64,000 nt of DNA from contig JBIQJB010000008.1 in assembly GCA_044507735.1 (NCBI GenBank), positions 8,022 through 72,021 of the forward strand. Direction: 5' to 3'. Positions 30,859 to 40,354 of the stretch are shown here, piece after piece. Position numbers and translations under genes: made by a program. This stretch comes from Nitrosopumilales archaeon (GTDB lineage Archaea > Thermoproteota > Nitrososphaeria > Nitrososphaerales > Nitrososphaeraceae). Below the pieces are notes generated by a model, which made no database searches, had not been told where the DNA came from, and was given only the letters and a program-made list of their open reading frames with translations. Each line of letters starts with the position of its first letter. Positions within the stretch are counted from its first letter, which is position 1.

Positions 30859-31869
30859 GTGCAGCAGATGCCCATGTTTGGACCAACTGGAATCGAGTCC
30901 GCAGCAATGCTGTTGATAGTAACAATGCAGCAAGCAGGTGCTCAATCTTTGCTAGAACCACTGACAAATTCGCTCTCAGAGTTTGGGAGGACTGTGGCAG
31001 AAGCAGCTCCTAAGATAGTTGCCGCTCTAATCCTGCTAGGGATTGGTCTGCTTGTAGGAAGAATCATTGGATGGGTAGTAAGGAAAGTCGCCGAGAAAAT
31101 GAAGGCAGACGAATATTGGGGCAGGACTGGGCTTGGACAGTCGACAGCGAGAATAGGATGGAGCCTTTCTAAGCTGATCTCTACGGCGGCCAGATGGTTT
31201 GTCTATCTATTCTTCATATCAGCAGCAGTAAATGTGCTAGAATTTCAGCAGCTTTCCGAGGCAATAAACGGAGTCTGGCTTTGGATACCAAACGTCATAG
31301 CGTTCATTGCAGTGCTGGCCATAGGAGCAGTCATTGCAGACTTTGTAGGCAGATGGATGCAGCGCGAGCTTCCAGCCAGAGGCGTAGTTGGAGGCAGGGC
31401 AATTGGCCTGGCTGCGACCGGCATCCTATATGCCATCGTGTTCGTGGTGGCCATCACCCAGCTGCGTATAGGAGAGGCCGTTCTCAATTCAGTGATATCA
31501 GCGCTAGTATGGGGCGTGGCTGCAGCAATAGCAATTGGCGTTGGTGTTGGACTTGCATATGGCCTAAGAGAGGCTTTCCCCGCAATGATAAAGGGAAGCA
31601 CGCAGATACAGCCTGCCCTGCGCCAAGGCCAGCGGGTCACCTTGGATGGCAGGACTGGAGTGATACAAGATGCCGGATCATTCAGCATCATACTGAGAGA
31701 TGACCAGGGCAAAACAGTGGTAATTCCCACAAAAAACATTGTCGACAAAGAAATAGTGATAGAATCGGGCCCAAAGCCAGCAACTCAGGAAAGCATGGCA
31801 GAGGAGAGGAGGGCGATCGAAGACGAAGGAGGAGAGGGGAAGACGTTCCGCACTAGCGAGGCAACGTGA
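30859..31869 (+). CDS. TM-helix repeat / MscS-like mechanosensitive channel (CmpX-like)
   Basis: PKIVAALILL, WIPNVIAFI, GLAYGL, GQRVTLDGRTGVI...VIPT. Confidence 0.85.
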   Translation: MQQMPMFGPTGIESAAMLLIVTMQQAGAQSLLEPLTNSLSEFGRTVAEAAPKIVAALILLGIGLLVGRIIGWVVRKVAEKMKADEYWGRTGLGQSTARIGWSLSKLISTAARWFVYLFFISAAVNVLEFQQLSEAINGVWLWIPNVIAFIAVLAIGAVIADFVGRWMQRELPARGVVGGRAIGLAATGILYAIVFVVAITQLRIGEAVLNSVISALVWGVAAAIAIGVGVGLAYGLREAFPAMIKGSTQIQPALRQGQRVTLDGRTGVIQDAGSFSIILRDDQGKTVVIPTKNIVDKEIVIESGPKPATQESMAEERRAIEDEGGEGKTFRTSEAT

Positions 31870-32028
31870 TGTGGGCAAGAATGCCCAACTTTTCCTTTTT
31901 TTCTCCACAGAACAACAACAACTCTGCCATCTGCCATCCATAGCCTGTGTGTCTGTCAAGCGATCTGCTCAGAGGTAAAGACAGACCTGGCCCTAAATCA
32001 TTAAGAAGCTTGCTAGCCAATACAAGTC

Positions 32029-32454
32029 ATGTCATATGGAAGACGTTATGGAGTAGGCGGTGGTGGTGGAGGTTATGGCGGCCAGCGTAGTTTCGGAGGC
32101 CCCAAGCCGGTTGAGACGGGAAAGGAATACGACGTGCAGATAACAGAGATCAGCAGACAGGGAGACGGAATCGCCCGCGTCCAAGGCTTTGTCATTTTCG
32201 TCAAAGGCGCCAGAATTGGGCAGAAACCCAAAATAAAAATAACAAATGTCGGCGCCAGATTCGCGACTGGAGAAATTGCAGACGGCAGTGCTGGACAGAA
32301 AGTAGCAGACGTGGCACCGCAGAGGACAGAAAAAGAGAAACCGGAGCTGCAGGACTACAAGAGTACGGAAAATCCCCCTGATAGCGGTTCGCAAGAGACA
32401 CCGGCGACGACAACGACGACAACGACACAGTCACCACCTTCTGGACAAGCTTAA
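32029..32454 (+). CDS. TRAM-domain RNA-binding protein with low-complexity tail
   Basis: PKPVETGKEYDVQITEISRQGDGIARVQGFVIFV. Confidence 0.93.
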   Translation: MSYGRRYGVGGGGGGYGGQRSFGGPKPVETGKEYDVQITEISRQGDGIARVQGFVIFVKGARIGQKPKIKITNVGARFATGEIADGSAGQKVADVAPQRTEKEKPELQDYKSTENPPDSGSQETPATTTTTTTQSPPSGQA

Positions 32455-32511
32455 AGGGAAGTAATGCCTACCTTTTGTTAGTTGAAGCAACGCTCAGCCC
32501 GACTGCAAAGG

Positions 32512-32625
32512 GTGGCATTGGTTTGCCCGAGATGCGGGTACAGGAAATTTGTGGCTGCCATCCGAACCGAGCATCTAATACTTTGCTCAAGATGCGGGGC
32601 TGGGATGAGAGAGCGCCAGAGCTGA
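32512..32625 (+). CDS. Zinc-ribbon microprotein (37 aa; alternative TTG start 32482)
   Basis: MALVCPRCGYRKFVAAIRTEHLILCSRCGAGMRERQS. Confidence 0.6.
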   Translation: MALVCPRCGYRKFVAAIRTEHLILCSRCGAGMRERQS

Positions 32626-32692
32626 GCAATCGTCCAACCAACAGATAACAATCTAGATAAAGGATAAGTCTAAGTATCTCCAGAGTGAAAAG

Positions 32693-33025
32693 ATGGCAAA
32701 CGAATTATTTTCCGCTATCAGTTTCATTGTCGGTCTTGCCATCTCGACAGTAATAATATGGATTACCACAAAGCTCTTTGGTCAAGAGGAAGGAATCGGA
32801 AGGGCATTCTTGACAGCCATCATTGGTACGGTGGTGTATTCAATAGTTTATTTCCTGTTCGGGACCGGGTGGATTGCGGCGATAGTTGGCGGCATCGTCT
32901 GGCTGCTGGCTCTAAGGGGATTGTATGATGTTGGATGGCTCAGGGCTTTTGTTATCGCCGTCATTGTCTGGATCGCAGCAACTATAGTTGGACTGTTGCT
33001 TCCAACCGCACCGGGACCTCTATAG
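32693..33025 (+). CDS. Four-TM membrane protein
   Basis: Hydrophobic; YDVGWLRAFVIAVIVWI. Confidence 0.8.
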   Translation: MANELFSAISFIVGLAISTVIIWITTKLFGQEEGIGRAFLTAIIGTVVYSIVYFLFGTGWIAAIVGGIVWLLALRGLYDVGWLRAFVIAVIVWIAATIVGLLLPTAPGPL

Positions 33026-33619
33026 CCATGGCCACCACGCTCCAAACCACAATCTTGCTGTGTCTGCCGAGCTTTTCAGAAACTGACCATAAAGTCTCAT
33101 TCCAGCAGTTGCCATTTCGGCATACTGGCGCATCATGACCGTTGTCAATTCCGGAATTGCATCATAGTAGCCATCGCTCTTGTGCTCAATCACCCTTACT
33201 TCTTCCTCTCGCGCATTTTCTTCCATTCCAGCATCAGGCGGTGAAGAAGATGAAGTTGCCATTTCTTCATTTATTTCGCGCTTGGTTCTTGCCCTCTCTT
33301 CTGTCATCATTGGGTTTATTCTTGCGTCAGATGGTTCCGGCGTAGCTTCTCCAACTATGGCCTGATTCGCTATTTCTCCAGGGTCAAGCGGCTCTTTTGT
33401 TTGAACATCCATCATCATGGCCCGCTGCTTGTCAGGCAGCTGATCAGTCATTGTTGAGCCTTTTGTCATGTCATCCATCGCATCATATCTTGAAGAATCA
33501 AAGACCTCTGTGGAATGCGGCTTGTTCGGATCTTGCCTATCAGTCTTGTTGTTGTTATTGTTGTTCTCTGCCTGTCTCCTCATCCTGCGCATTTTTCGCC
33601 GCTTGTGACTCGATGGCAT
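33020..33619 (-). CDS. Low-complexity hypothetical protein
   Basis: 199-aa ORF with poly-N, amphipathic C-terminal helix ending WFGAWWPWL. Confidence 0.65.
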   Translation of the reverse strand: MPSSHKRRKMRRMRRQAENNNNNNKTDRQDPNKPHSTEVFDSSRYDAMDDMTKGSTMTDQLPDKQRAMMMDVQTKEPLDPGEIANQAIVGEATPEPSDARINPMMTEERARTKREINEEMATSSSSPPDAGMEENAREEEVRVIEHKSDGYYDAIPELTTVMMRQYAEMATAGMRLYGQFLKSSADTARLWFGAWWPWL

Positions 33620-33738
33620 GACATTGCTGTTGATCTGCCGCGTGCAATGCAGGTTAAACGTTTAGACACAATTTTCTAGATCCGCCTGTCTCATTCTGAA
33701 ATCATCGTAATGAGAGCGAAACAACGGATGCATGATTG

Positions 33739-33900
33739 TCATATGAGAGCCTGTTCTGATTCTTCTGATGGTCTGCCTCTTCTTGGAAGATCCTTCATCA
33801 GCCTATCCAGCCATTGTGCGTTGAATCTCTTGATCCGCTCTTATGTCCATGCCCCGGATTGACTGAGCTTGTCCAGGTTCGCATCTTTGTAGTCAACCCT
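33739..33900 (-). mobile_element. IS630-family transposase HTH remnant
   Basis: Minus frame LSQSGAWT*ERIKRFNAQWLDRLMKDLPRRGRPSEE resembles IS630 W..RF...G..GL.D.PR.GRP; internal stop. Confidence 0.6.
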
Positions 33901-34211
33901 ACCGCGCTAGGCAAGCAGAGGAGGGCGGGGGTCTTTTCACTTCTGCCACATATTCGTGTCGGCAGGCTTGATCTATAATCTACCACGCTGATCCACCTGC
34001 GCGCCACCACCGTATTGTAAATTGCCAAGCCAAAAGGTGGTGTATTGATAAATCAAGTAGCCAATAGATCCGGAACCCATATATCGGCGTTCGTCGACAA
34101 GTTTTTCCCGCCCTTCCGGAGGGGCACCCGAAAGCACACCAGCCCGGGAGGAACAGGTGCTTTCTTCACCATCACTCCAGTTGCCCGCCTTCCGGGCATC
34201 ATCTCATTCCT

Positions 34212-34504
34212 CTAGCCTTCCAGCAATTCCTCTATCAGCAGCCGGCAATACTTTTGGAAAATTTCATTATCCTGACCAGTAATGGTGCTGCTGACGGAAA
34301 TAATTTCGCGGATTGCAGGTATAGCCCTCTTTTTGTAGCGTTTCGCCAGCTCGTCTACAGCCCTTCTGCGCGCATTGAACGTGTCAGAAAATATTGCGTC
34401 GTCTTTGAGAAAAGCGATATCCTGGTCGTCCGTAAAAATAGTGCGTTCAAATGGATCACGGGATGGTTGTTTGGCCTTTCTTATTTTCTTCTTCCCTCCT
34501 GCAT
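34212..34504 (-). pseudogene. HEAT-repeat-like small helical protein lacking an in-frame canonical start
   Basis: 97 sense codons ...DIAFLKDDAIFSDTFNARRRAVDELAKRYKKRAIPAIREII...; ATG 34504 is out of frame. Confidence 0.55.
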
Positions 34505-34774
34505 CCTACTATATTATTAATGGCTGCCGGATGATAAATTGTTTATCTGATAATCGACTGCAAGAAAATGCCAGTCCCTTTGCATACGGCCATTCAGCCA
34601 GAGTATTGTTATTGTCATGATACACACATACGCATATTGACACACAAAAGAGGCATAGGAATGCTGCCTCCATCATCCTGGGGAGAGGGGAATACCCAAA
34701 ATGCCCAATCAGCCGAAGATTTTTTTGAGATTTGCAAAGGTTAAATCGAATGAGCGTCATTACCAGTGTAAAGG

Positions 34775-35044
34775 ATGTCAAAGCGCAAGGAGACAAACCG
34801 GCTAAACGATCAGGAGGACGACATAGAGTTTCGCAATACCTTCGAGCAGCCTATCAAGGCCGGTAAGGTGGAGTCTTCGCCATACGAAATCTCAGATGAG
34901 GCTCACGCAGTCGCTCCACATACGTTTGCAAGTGACATCGATCAGCAAAAGATGCTTGCCCAGATCAAGTCAGAGGTTGACGCGCTGAGAGAAGAGGTAA
35001 AGTTGCTAGGCAAGCGGATCGAAAGGCTTGAAAAAAGCCGATAA
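34775..35044 (+). CDS. Hypothetical protein with C-terminal coiled coil
   Basis: LAQIKSEVDALREEVKLLGKRIERLEK. Confidence 0.7.
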   Translation: MSKRKETNRLNDQEDDIEFRNTFEQPIKAGKVESSPYEISDEAHAVAPHTFASDIDQQKMLAQIKSEVDALREEVKLLGKRIERLEKSR

Positions 35045-35098
35045 TGACCATGATATCATGCACATCTACTTATCCCAGATTTACATTTATTATAATGC

Positions 35099-35494
35099 AT
35101 GGCTTCCGAGACAGAATCAATCACCATCAAATACAAGAACAACCTGCCGCTCGTCAGCATGGGGATAATCGATGCAGGCAGCAACAAAAAGATCGTCGTC
35201 GATGCCCACCTTGACTTTGCGTCTTCGAAGACGATAATACCTACCTACATCGCAAACGAGATGAACCTATCCTTTGCAGGGAGCGATGAGACTGTGACGG
35301 GAGCCGGCATAATACAAATTCCCTACTATGAAGTATCGATCGAGCTGTTTGGCAGGCTCTATGAAAGCGTGCACGTGGGATGCCTCGACTTGCCCGAGCG
35401 CACTCCTGCCACAGCGCTGATAGGCAGGGATTTGCTTGATAATTACAGGATATGCCTTGATGGCAGGAGGAAGGAGATTACCGTTTGCTCATAG
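35099..35494 (+). CDS. Clan AA (retropepsin-like) aspartic protease homolog with variant motif
   Basis: DAHLDFASSKTIIP and ALIGRDLL. Confidence 0.75.
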   Translation: MASETESITIKYKNNLPLVSMGIIDAGSNKKIVVDAHLDFASSKTIIPTYIANEMNLSFAGSDETVTGAGIIQIPYYEVSIELFGRLYESVHVGCLDLPERTPATALIGRDLLDNYRICLDGRRKEITVCS

Positions 35495-35545
35495 CAGTAA
35501 AGCAGAAAAGCGAGATTGCTGCTAACCGAACAGGGATAATATATC

Positions 35546-35881
35546 ATGTCTCTTGATGAAATGAAGTGTGTGCCCTGCCAGGGCGGCGTGCCGACCCTCA
35601 CAGATGAGGAGATCGACAGGTATTACGAGCAACTGCAGAGCTGGTCAGTTGTGGAAAAGGATGGCATAAAGCGGCTGGAAAAGTCGTTTGCGTTTAAGGA
35701 TTTTGCAGAGGCACTTGCTTTCACAAACAGAGTGGGCGCAATCGCGGAACAGGAAGGTCATCACCCAGACATACTGACAGAATGGGGCAAGGTGACCGTC
35801 AGCTGGTGGACACACAAGATAAAGGGTTTGCACAAGAACGACTTTATCATGGCCGCAAAGACTGACGCGCTCTTGCGCTAG
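35546..35881 (+). CDS. phhB: Pterin-4-alpha-carbinolamine dehydratase
   Basis: CVPCQGG, EGHHPDI, WWTHKIKGLHKNDFIMAAK. Confidence 0.95.
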   Translation: MSLDEMKCVPCQGGVPTLTDEEIDRYYEQLQSWSVVEKDGIKRLEKSFAFKDFAEALAFTNRVGAIAEQEGHHPDILTEWGKVTVSWWTHKIKGLHKNDFIMAAKTDALLR

Positions 35882-35941
35882 CATACGACGAGAGCAAGAA
35901 GTAGTGTTTATTACAGCCTGATTTCGATAAGGCAGTGAGAG

Positions 35942-36889
35942 ATGCCTCCTACCAGCAACCCGTTCTTTGACAAGGACATTGTCTCGATAAAGGATTTTTC
36001 TAAAGGCGACCTGGAGTACGTGTTTGACGCTACTGACCGGCTCAGGTCGCTCAAGCCATCAGAGAGGGGCGAGCTTGGCAAGGGCAGGACGCTTGGCTAC
36101 ATTTTCTACGAGCCGTCAACTAGGACGAGGATGAGTTTTGAAGCGGCCATGGCGTCGCTTGGGGGCAGCTCGATCGGCATTGCGGATCTAAAGTCCTCGT
36201 CGGTAGAAAAGGGCGAGAGCCTAGCCGACACCATAAGAATAATGGATCTATATTCGGACGTAATACTGCTCAGGCACCCCATGGATGGCTCAAGCAGGTT
36301 TGCAGCCGAGCTGTCGCAGAACCCAATCATTAATGCCGGCAGCGGGAGCGAGGAGCACCCTACACAGGCACTCCTTGACCTTTACACGATCTTGAAGGAG
36401 AAGGGCAGAATCGACGGGCTATCAATAGCCATAGTGGGCGACCTGAAATACGGCAGGACTGTATATTCACTGCTGTACGGGCTTTCGAATTACGATGTGG
36501 ACATCCACCTTGTGTCGCCGCCGTCCCTCAGAGTGAGGAAGGAGTCGATCTACGAGCTGCAAGGTGGGATGAAGATAAAAGAGCACAGCGATCTTGAAGC
36601 GGTGCTTCCAGAGGCCGACGTAATATATGTCACCAGGATACAGCGGGAGCGCTTCCCCGATGTGCAAGAGTATGAAAAGGTACGCGGTTCGTACACAATA
36701 GGGGAAAAGACAATAGAAAAGGCAGCAAAGAAAGATGTCGCAATAATGCACCCGTTGCCCCGTCTTGACGAAATCTCGCACTCGGTAGACCATTTGAAAA
36801 ACGCGATTTATTTCAAGCAGGCATCCTATGGAAAGGAGCTGCGTGCTGCGCTTTTGGCGCTCATGCTAAACGAAAGCCTGCCATCCTAA
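35942..36889 (+). CDS. pyrB: Aspartate carbamoyltransferase catalytic subunit
   Basis: FYEPSTRTRMSFE, HPTQALLD, GDLKYGRT, MHPLPR. Confidence 0.98.
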   Translation: MPPTSNPFFDKDIVSIKDFSKGDLEYVFDATDRLRSLKPSERGELGKGRTLGYIFYEPSTRTRMSFEAAMASLGGSSIGIADLKSSSVEKGESLADTIRIMDLYSDVILLRHPMDGSSRFAAELSQNPIINAGSGSEEHPTQALLDLYTILKEKGRIDGLSIAIVGDLKYGRTVYSLLYGLSNYDVDIHLVSPPSLRVRKESIYELQGGMKIKEHSDLEAVLPEADVIYVTRIQRERFPDVQEYEKVRGSYTIGEKTIEKAAKKDVAIMHPLPRLDEISHSVDHLKNAIYFKQASYGKELRAALLALMLNESLPS

Positions 36890-36986
36890 GTACGTTCAAT
36901 AAGAATCGTCTATTGACCAGTTCGACTAACGTATGACAGAATTATCTGCGACAGGCGTTTTAAGTCAAAAGAATAGATCATGAACG

Positions 36987-37148
36987 TTGTCATCCGATCT
37001 GCATCATTGCAAATGCGGCTTGTGCTCGCATGATTCGCGAGCAGATTGCCTTAAAAACGAATGTTACTGCTGTGATCTGGAAGATATGTTTGCCCTGCTT
37101 ACGATGCACGAGTTTGAACCCAGAAGCAGGCTGCTTGCAACAAGATAA
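36987..37148 (+). CDS. 7-Cys microprotein, paralog B (53 aa)
   Basis: MSSDLHHCKCGLCSHDSRADCLKNECYCCDLEDMFALLTMHEFEPRSRLLATR; TTG start about 25 nt after tttaag. Confidence 0.75.
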   Translation: MSSDLHHCKCGLCSHDSRADCLKNECYCCDLEDMFALLTMHEFEPRSRLLATR

Positions 37149-37198
37149 CAGGTCCGCGCGAACTCTTTAAAACAATCGCTGCGCGGTATGCGAAAGAT

Positions 37199-37435
37199 AT
37201 GGTGAGAAGAACTACCAGCAGCAGAGCCACATTGCCTTCCTTTAGGAACTGTTCGTTTTGTGGCTCAACAATCCCCAGTGGCAAAGGAACGATGCATGTC
37301 AGAAATGATGGCCGCATATTGTGGACGTGCTCAAAGAAATGCGACAAGAACTTGTTCGTGCTCCGCCGGGACGCAAGGAAGCTAAAGTGGACTGAAAAGT
37401 ATGTGAGGGGCGGGGCTCAGGTGAAGAAAAGGTAA
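37199..37435 (+). CDS. rpl24e: 50S ribosomal protein L24e (eL24)
   Basis: CSFCG..I..GKG.M.VRNDG...CSKKC...RKLKWT. Confidence 0.92.
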   Translation: MVRRTTSSRATLPSFRNCSFCGSTIPSGKGTMHVRNDGRILWTCSKKCDKNLFVLRRDARKLKWTEKYVRGGAQVKKR

Positions 37436-37479
37436 GTAATATTAGTAGTGCAGTAGTAGCGGAGTAGCCAGCCACGGCA

Positions 37480-37725
37480 TTATCGCGAAATGCTTCTTCG
37501 CGTGGTTGGCATCCTGAGCCCGAACACCAACAGTACAAAACCTCCCACCGTGACGAACCAGCCGACTATGAAATACGTAAACGGGTCGGTGCCGCATGCT
37601 TGAGCCACGCCGCTAGCGGACAGACACTTCTGGTAGGCTGGCGAGTCAACCAGTATGGATCTTAAGATTAAGACTTTGGATATTACGACTACTGCAATGC
37701 CAGCCAGCACAAGTCCCTTGTTCAT
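37480..37725 (-). CDS. Small two-TM membrane protein
   Basis: Two hydrophobic helices with a Cys pair in the loop. Confidence 0.6.
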   Translation of the reverse strand: MNKGLVLAGIAVVVISKVLILRSILVDSPAYQKCLSASGVAQACGTDPFTYFIVGWFVTVGGFVLLVFGLRMPTTRRSISR

Positions 37726-37802
37726 CGTCCAAAAAGATGATGGCGCTGAAATCTAGTTAATGTTTTGTTTGTCCTATCCTGCCATGTACTATGTGCTATG
37801 CG

Positions 37803-37922
37803 CTATTCTGCATGCTCTTCGTTGTAGTGCACCACATACTCAGAGTCCGACTGGAAGGTCTCGTTGCACTTGCTGCATGCAACGGGTATCCCCGTATTGT
37901 CTCGGTCTTTTGCTGATGACAT
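37803..37922 (-). CDS. C2H2 zinc-finger microprotein (39 aa)
   Basis: MSSAKDRDNTGIPVACSKCNETFQSDSEYVVHYNEEHAE. Confidence 0.7.
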   Translation of the reverse strand: MSSAKDRDNTGIPVACSKCNETFQSDSEYVVHYNEEHAE

Positions 37923-38216
37923 TGCCAGAAGAATGGAAAAAATCCAATAAAAGAATTTCAAATATTCATGGCAGGCCATCCATGCGCGCGCACATATGCA
38001 CACATACAGATAGATGGCAATAATCTGTTAATTACATCGTCCATCGTATTCGTCTGTGCGAATCTATGTTTGGGTCTCTACGCATCTCGTTTGTTTGCTT
38101 GTTTTGCCTCATTGACCACTCTCTTGTCGGTTCTTATGCGCACCGCTCAGTGCCAGATAGATCTGAAAAAATGAGAAATAATGGAGGGAGGGAGTTGGAG
38201 AGGATAACGCATCAGG

Positions 38217-39068
38217 TTATCCAAACAAGTCCTGGAAAGGTTTTGTCAGTTGCTCGAGTATGCCACCGCCCTCCTGTTGGGTCTGGTTGCCTCCAGCTGG
38301 CGTACTTTCAACTATTGTGGTTCCGTTAGCGCCAGTCGCACGGAGTACTATACCGTAGATTGGTTGATCCTGGAAATGCTGCCGGACCTCTTGCTCTTCT
38401 GGCTGTATCGTAATGACTCTGGCCTTCTCTATCGTGAGAGTGGTATCGATGCCGGGCCATACTACAGTGCCGTTTACCGCAACATCAGCTGTACCGTTTA
38501 TCGTAGTCTTGCCCGCAGGATCAAGCACAAAGTCCGTGGCGTTGCCCGTCCTGAAGTTGGTGAACAACATGTTGTGATGGTCTGTGGCGTCGGTTCTTAC
38601 CATGGTAAAGTTCGCTCTAAAATCGGTCACATTGCCGCTCTCTACATTGATGTTCCAGGCGCCTCCCAGAAGGAACGGAGTTGATGACGATGAACCGGTA
38701 GCCTGCGTCGTATTGGCTTGAGGTGCGCTGCTCTGGTTGCCACCTGCAGTGGTATTGTTCTGCTGCTGGCCGCCGCCTCCGCCTCCTTGCTGTATCATGC
38801 CGGTGATCACGCCCTGTGCCCTAAACATGTCTGTCATAGTCGTATTTGCTATTGTCGTGGCGTTTTGGCTCTGCGTCTGGTTCTGCTGTTGTTCCGTCTG
38901 CTGCGCCATTGCAATGTTGCTTCCGGTGATGCCGCCTCCAACCAGCGGGAACGCAAATGCAGTTGCTATCAGGAGCAGCCCGAGGCTCACTACAGCTGTA
39001 GCCTTTAATTTGCTGTTTTTTTCATGATGCCTGTCAGTAGTGAAATCATTCATCGATCCAGTGGTCAC
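38217..39068 (-). CDS. Secreted hypothetical protein (Gln/Thr-rich linker + beta domain)
   Basis: Signal-like TM; LLGGAWNI...FRANFTMV...HFQDQPIYG. Confidence 0.8.
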   Translation of the reverse strand: MTTGSMNDFTTDRHHEKNSKLKATAVVSLGLLLIATAFAFPLVGGGITGSNIAMAQQTEQQQNQTQSQNATTIANTTMTDMFRAQGVITGMIQQGGGGGGQQQNNTTAGGNQSSAPQANTTQATGSSSSTPFLLGGAWNINVESGNVTDFRANFTMVRTDATDHHNMLFTNFRTGNATDFVLDPAGKTTINGTADVAVNGTVVWPGIDTTLTIEKARVITIQPEEQEVRQHFQDQPIYGIVLRATGANGTTIVESTPAGGNQTQQEGGGILEQLTKPFQDLFG

Positions 39069-39151
39069 GCAATATTAGACTTAACCATTGTAATCATCTG
39101 AAATATAACAACAATCTAGGCGATAAATATGCAGAGGGGATCTACATGCCA

Positions 39152-40273
39152 TCAATGAAAGTTCTCATGCAGGTACTGGATTATCCTCCTGGCGTCTTTC
39201 TCGTCAACCTGTATGTCGCCTGCAAACATCGTCTTCTTGCCCTTTGTGATGTCGATCCTGACATTGTTACCCGAGACTACCAAGTTCAGTTCAGGCCCCT
39301 TCATCATCATGCTCTTTATGGCCTCGCCGCGGAGCGAGTTTTCGCCCGCCTTTGGATTTGCAAACTCTGACGTCAGGGCGTGGATGCTGTCCTCTATTGT
39401 AACTGTCAGCCCTCCCTTGGCAGTCTTTTCGATGGCCAGTATGTGCTGGTCAAGCGCGTCGACCTCGATCCTCGGCCCTATTGGCCCATTGTCTTCTTGT
39501 GCAACCTCTTCGGCCGGGCTCCACGTCATACCTTCCTTTGCGACCTTGATCACATACTTGCCCTCTCCGCCGGTCACACGCAGGTGGTCGTCCACCGCCT
39601 TTTGCAGCTCTTCCGGCGAGAGCGGGCCGGCCGGCCCCCTGTGCCACTGGTTCTTGGCATCCTCTGTGTCCTTTTCTCCGCTATAATGCAAGATGTAGCA
39701 CAGCTTGGCGTTCCAGCGCCTGACTATTCCATAGGCCTCTGAAACAGAGATCATGCCGGTGGACGGGTGCTCGTTGTACGTCTCTGTCCCCAGGATCAAA
39801 AGGTCGGGGTTCCACAGGATATTGTTGTCGACGCCCGGCAGTGTCAAAAAGTCCCAGCCTGCGACGATCTTGTTTCGTCCGGCCTTGATCACATAGATGA
39901 CAGAGCCGGAAGTGCCAGGGTTGTCGGCCGCAATAGGGATAATCGTAAACGGGCCTGCCTCAAATAGAGTACCGGGGCTGATGACGACAGGCGACGCAAC
40001 TAGATCCTTGATCTGCTGGGCGCATTCTGAAGTGCAGTAAGCTCTCGCCTTTCCCTCCTTCAACAGCGTCGGCAGGTCGCTTGTGTGATGCTTTTTTGCG
40101 CTGGTGATCAGGATTCCGTCAGGCGGGGTCTTGACGCTTTCCTTGACCTTGTTGCCTGCGTCGACCAAAAGATGGAATCCCTTGTAAAAAACCGAGATAG
40201 AGGTATTTGCTGCCTGCCCATCCACGTCTGGGAGAACGCCGTTTATTCTCACCGCGAGATCTTGAAAACTCAT
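39152..40273 (-). CDS. Metallo-beta-lactamase-fold protein with degenerate metal motif
   Basis: NTSISV..LLVDAG..GILITSAKKHHTSDL; LHYSG. Confidence 0.75.
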   Translation of the reverse strand: MSFQDLAVRINGVLPDVDGQAANTSISVFYKGFHLLVDAGNKVKESVKTPPDGILITSAKKHHTSDLPTLLKEGKARAYCTSECAQQIKDLVASPVVISPGTLFEAGPFTIIPIAADNPGTSGSVIYVIKAGRNKIVAGWDFLTLPGVDNNILWNPDLLILGTETYNEHPSTGMISVSEAYGIVRRWNAKLCYILHYSGEKDTEDAKNQWHRGPAGPLSPEELQKAVDDHLRVTGGEGKYVIKVAKEGMTWSPAEEVAQEDNGPIGPRIEVDALDQHILAIEKTAKGGLTVTIEDSIHALTSEFANPKAGENSLRGEAIKSMMMKGPELNLVVSGNNVRIDITKGKKTMFAGDIQVDEKDARRIIQYLHENFH

Positions 40274-40354
40274 AAAATTGGAACAAATTGATTATACATA
40301 AAGATAGCTGTCTCGCCCAGAATCTTATCCAAATGATCTTTTTCTGCATCTAAT

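Noticed and set aside
35942-36889. pyrB without adjacent pyrI
   Set aside because: Split pyr genes are common; absence cannot be judged from one window
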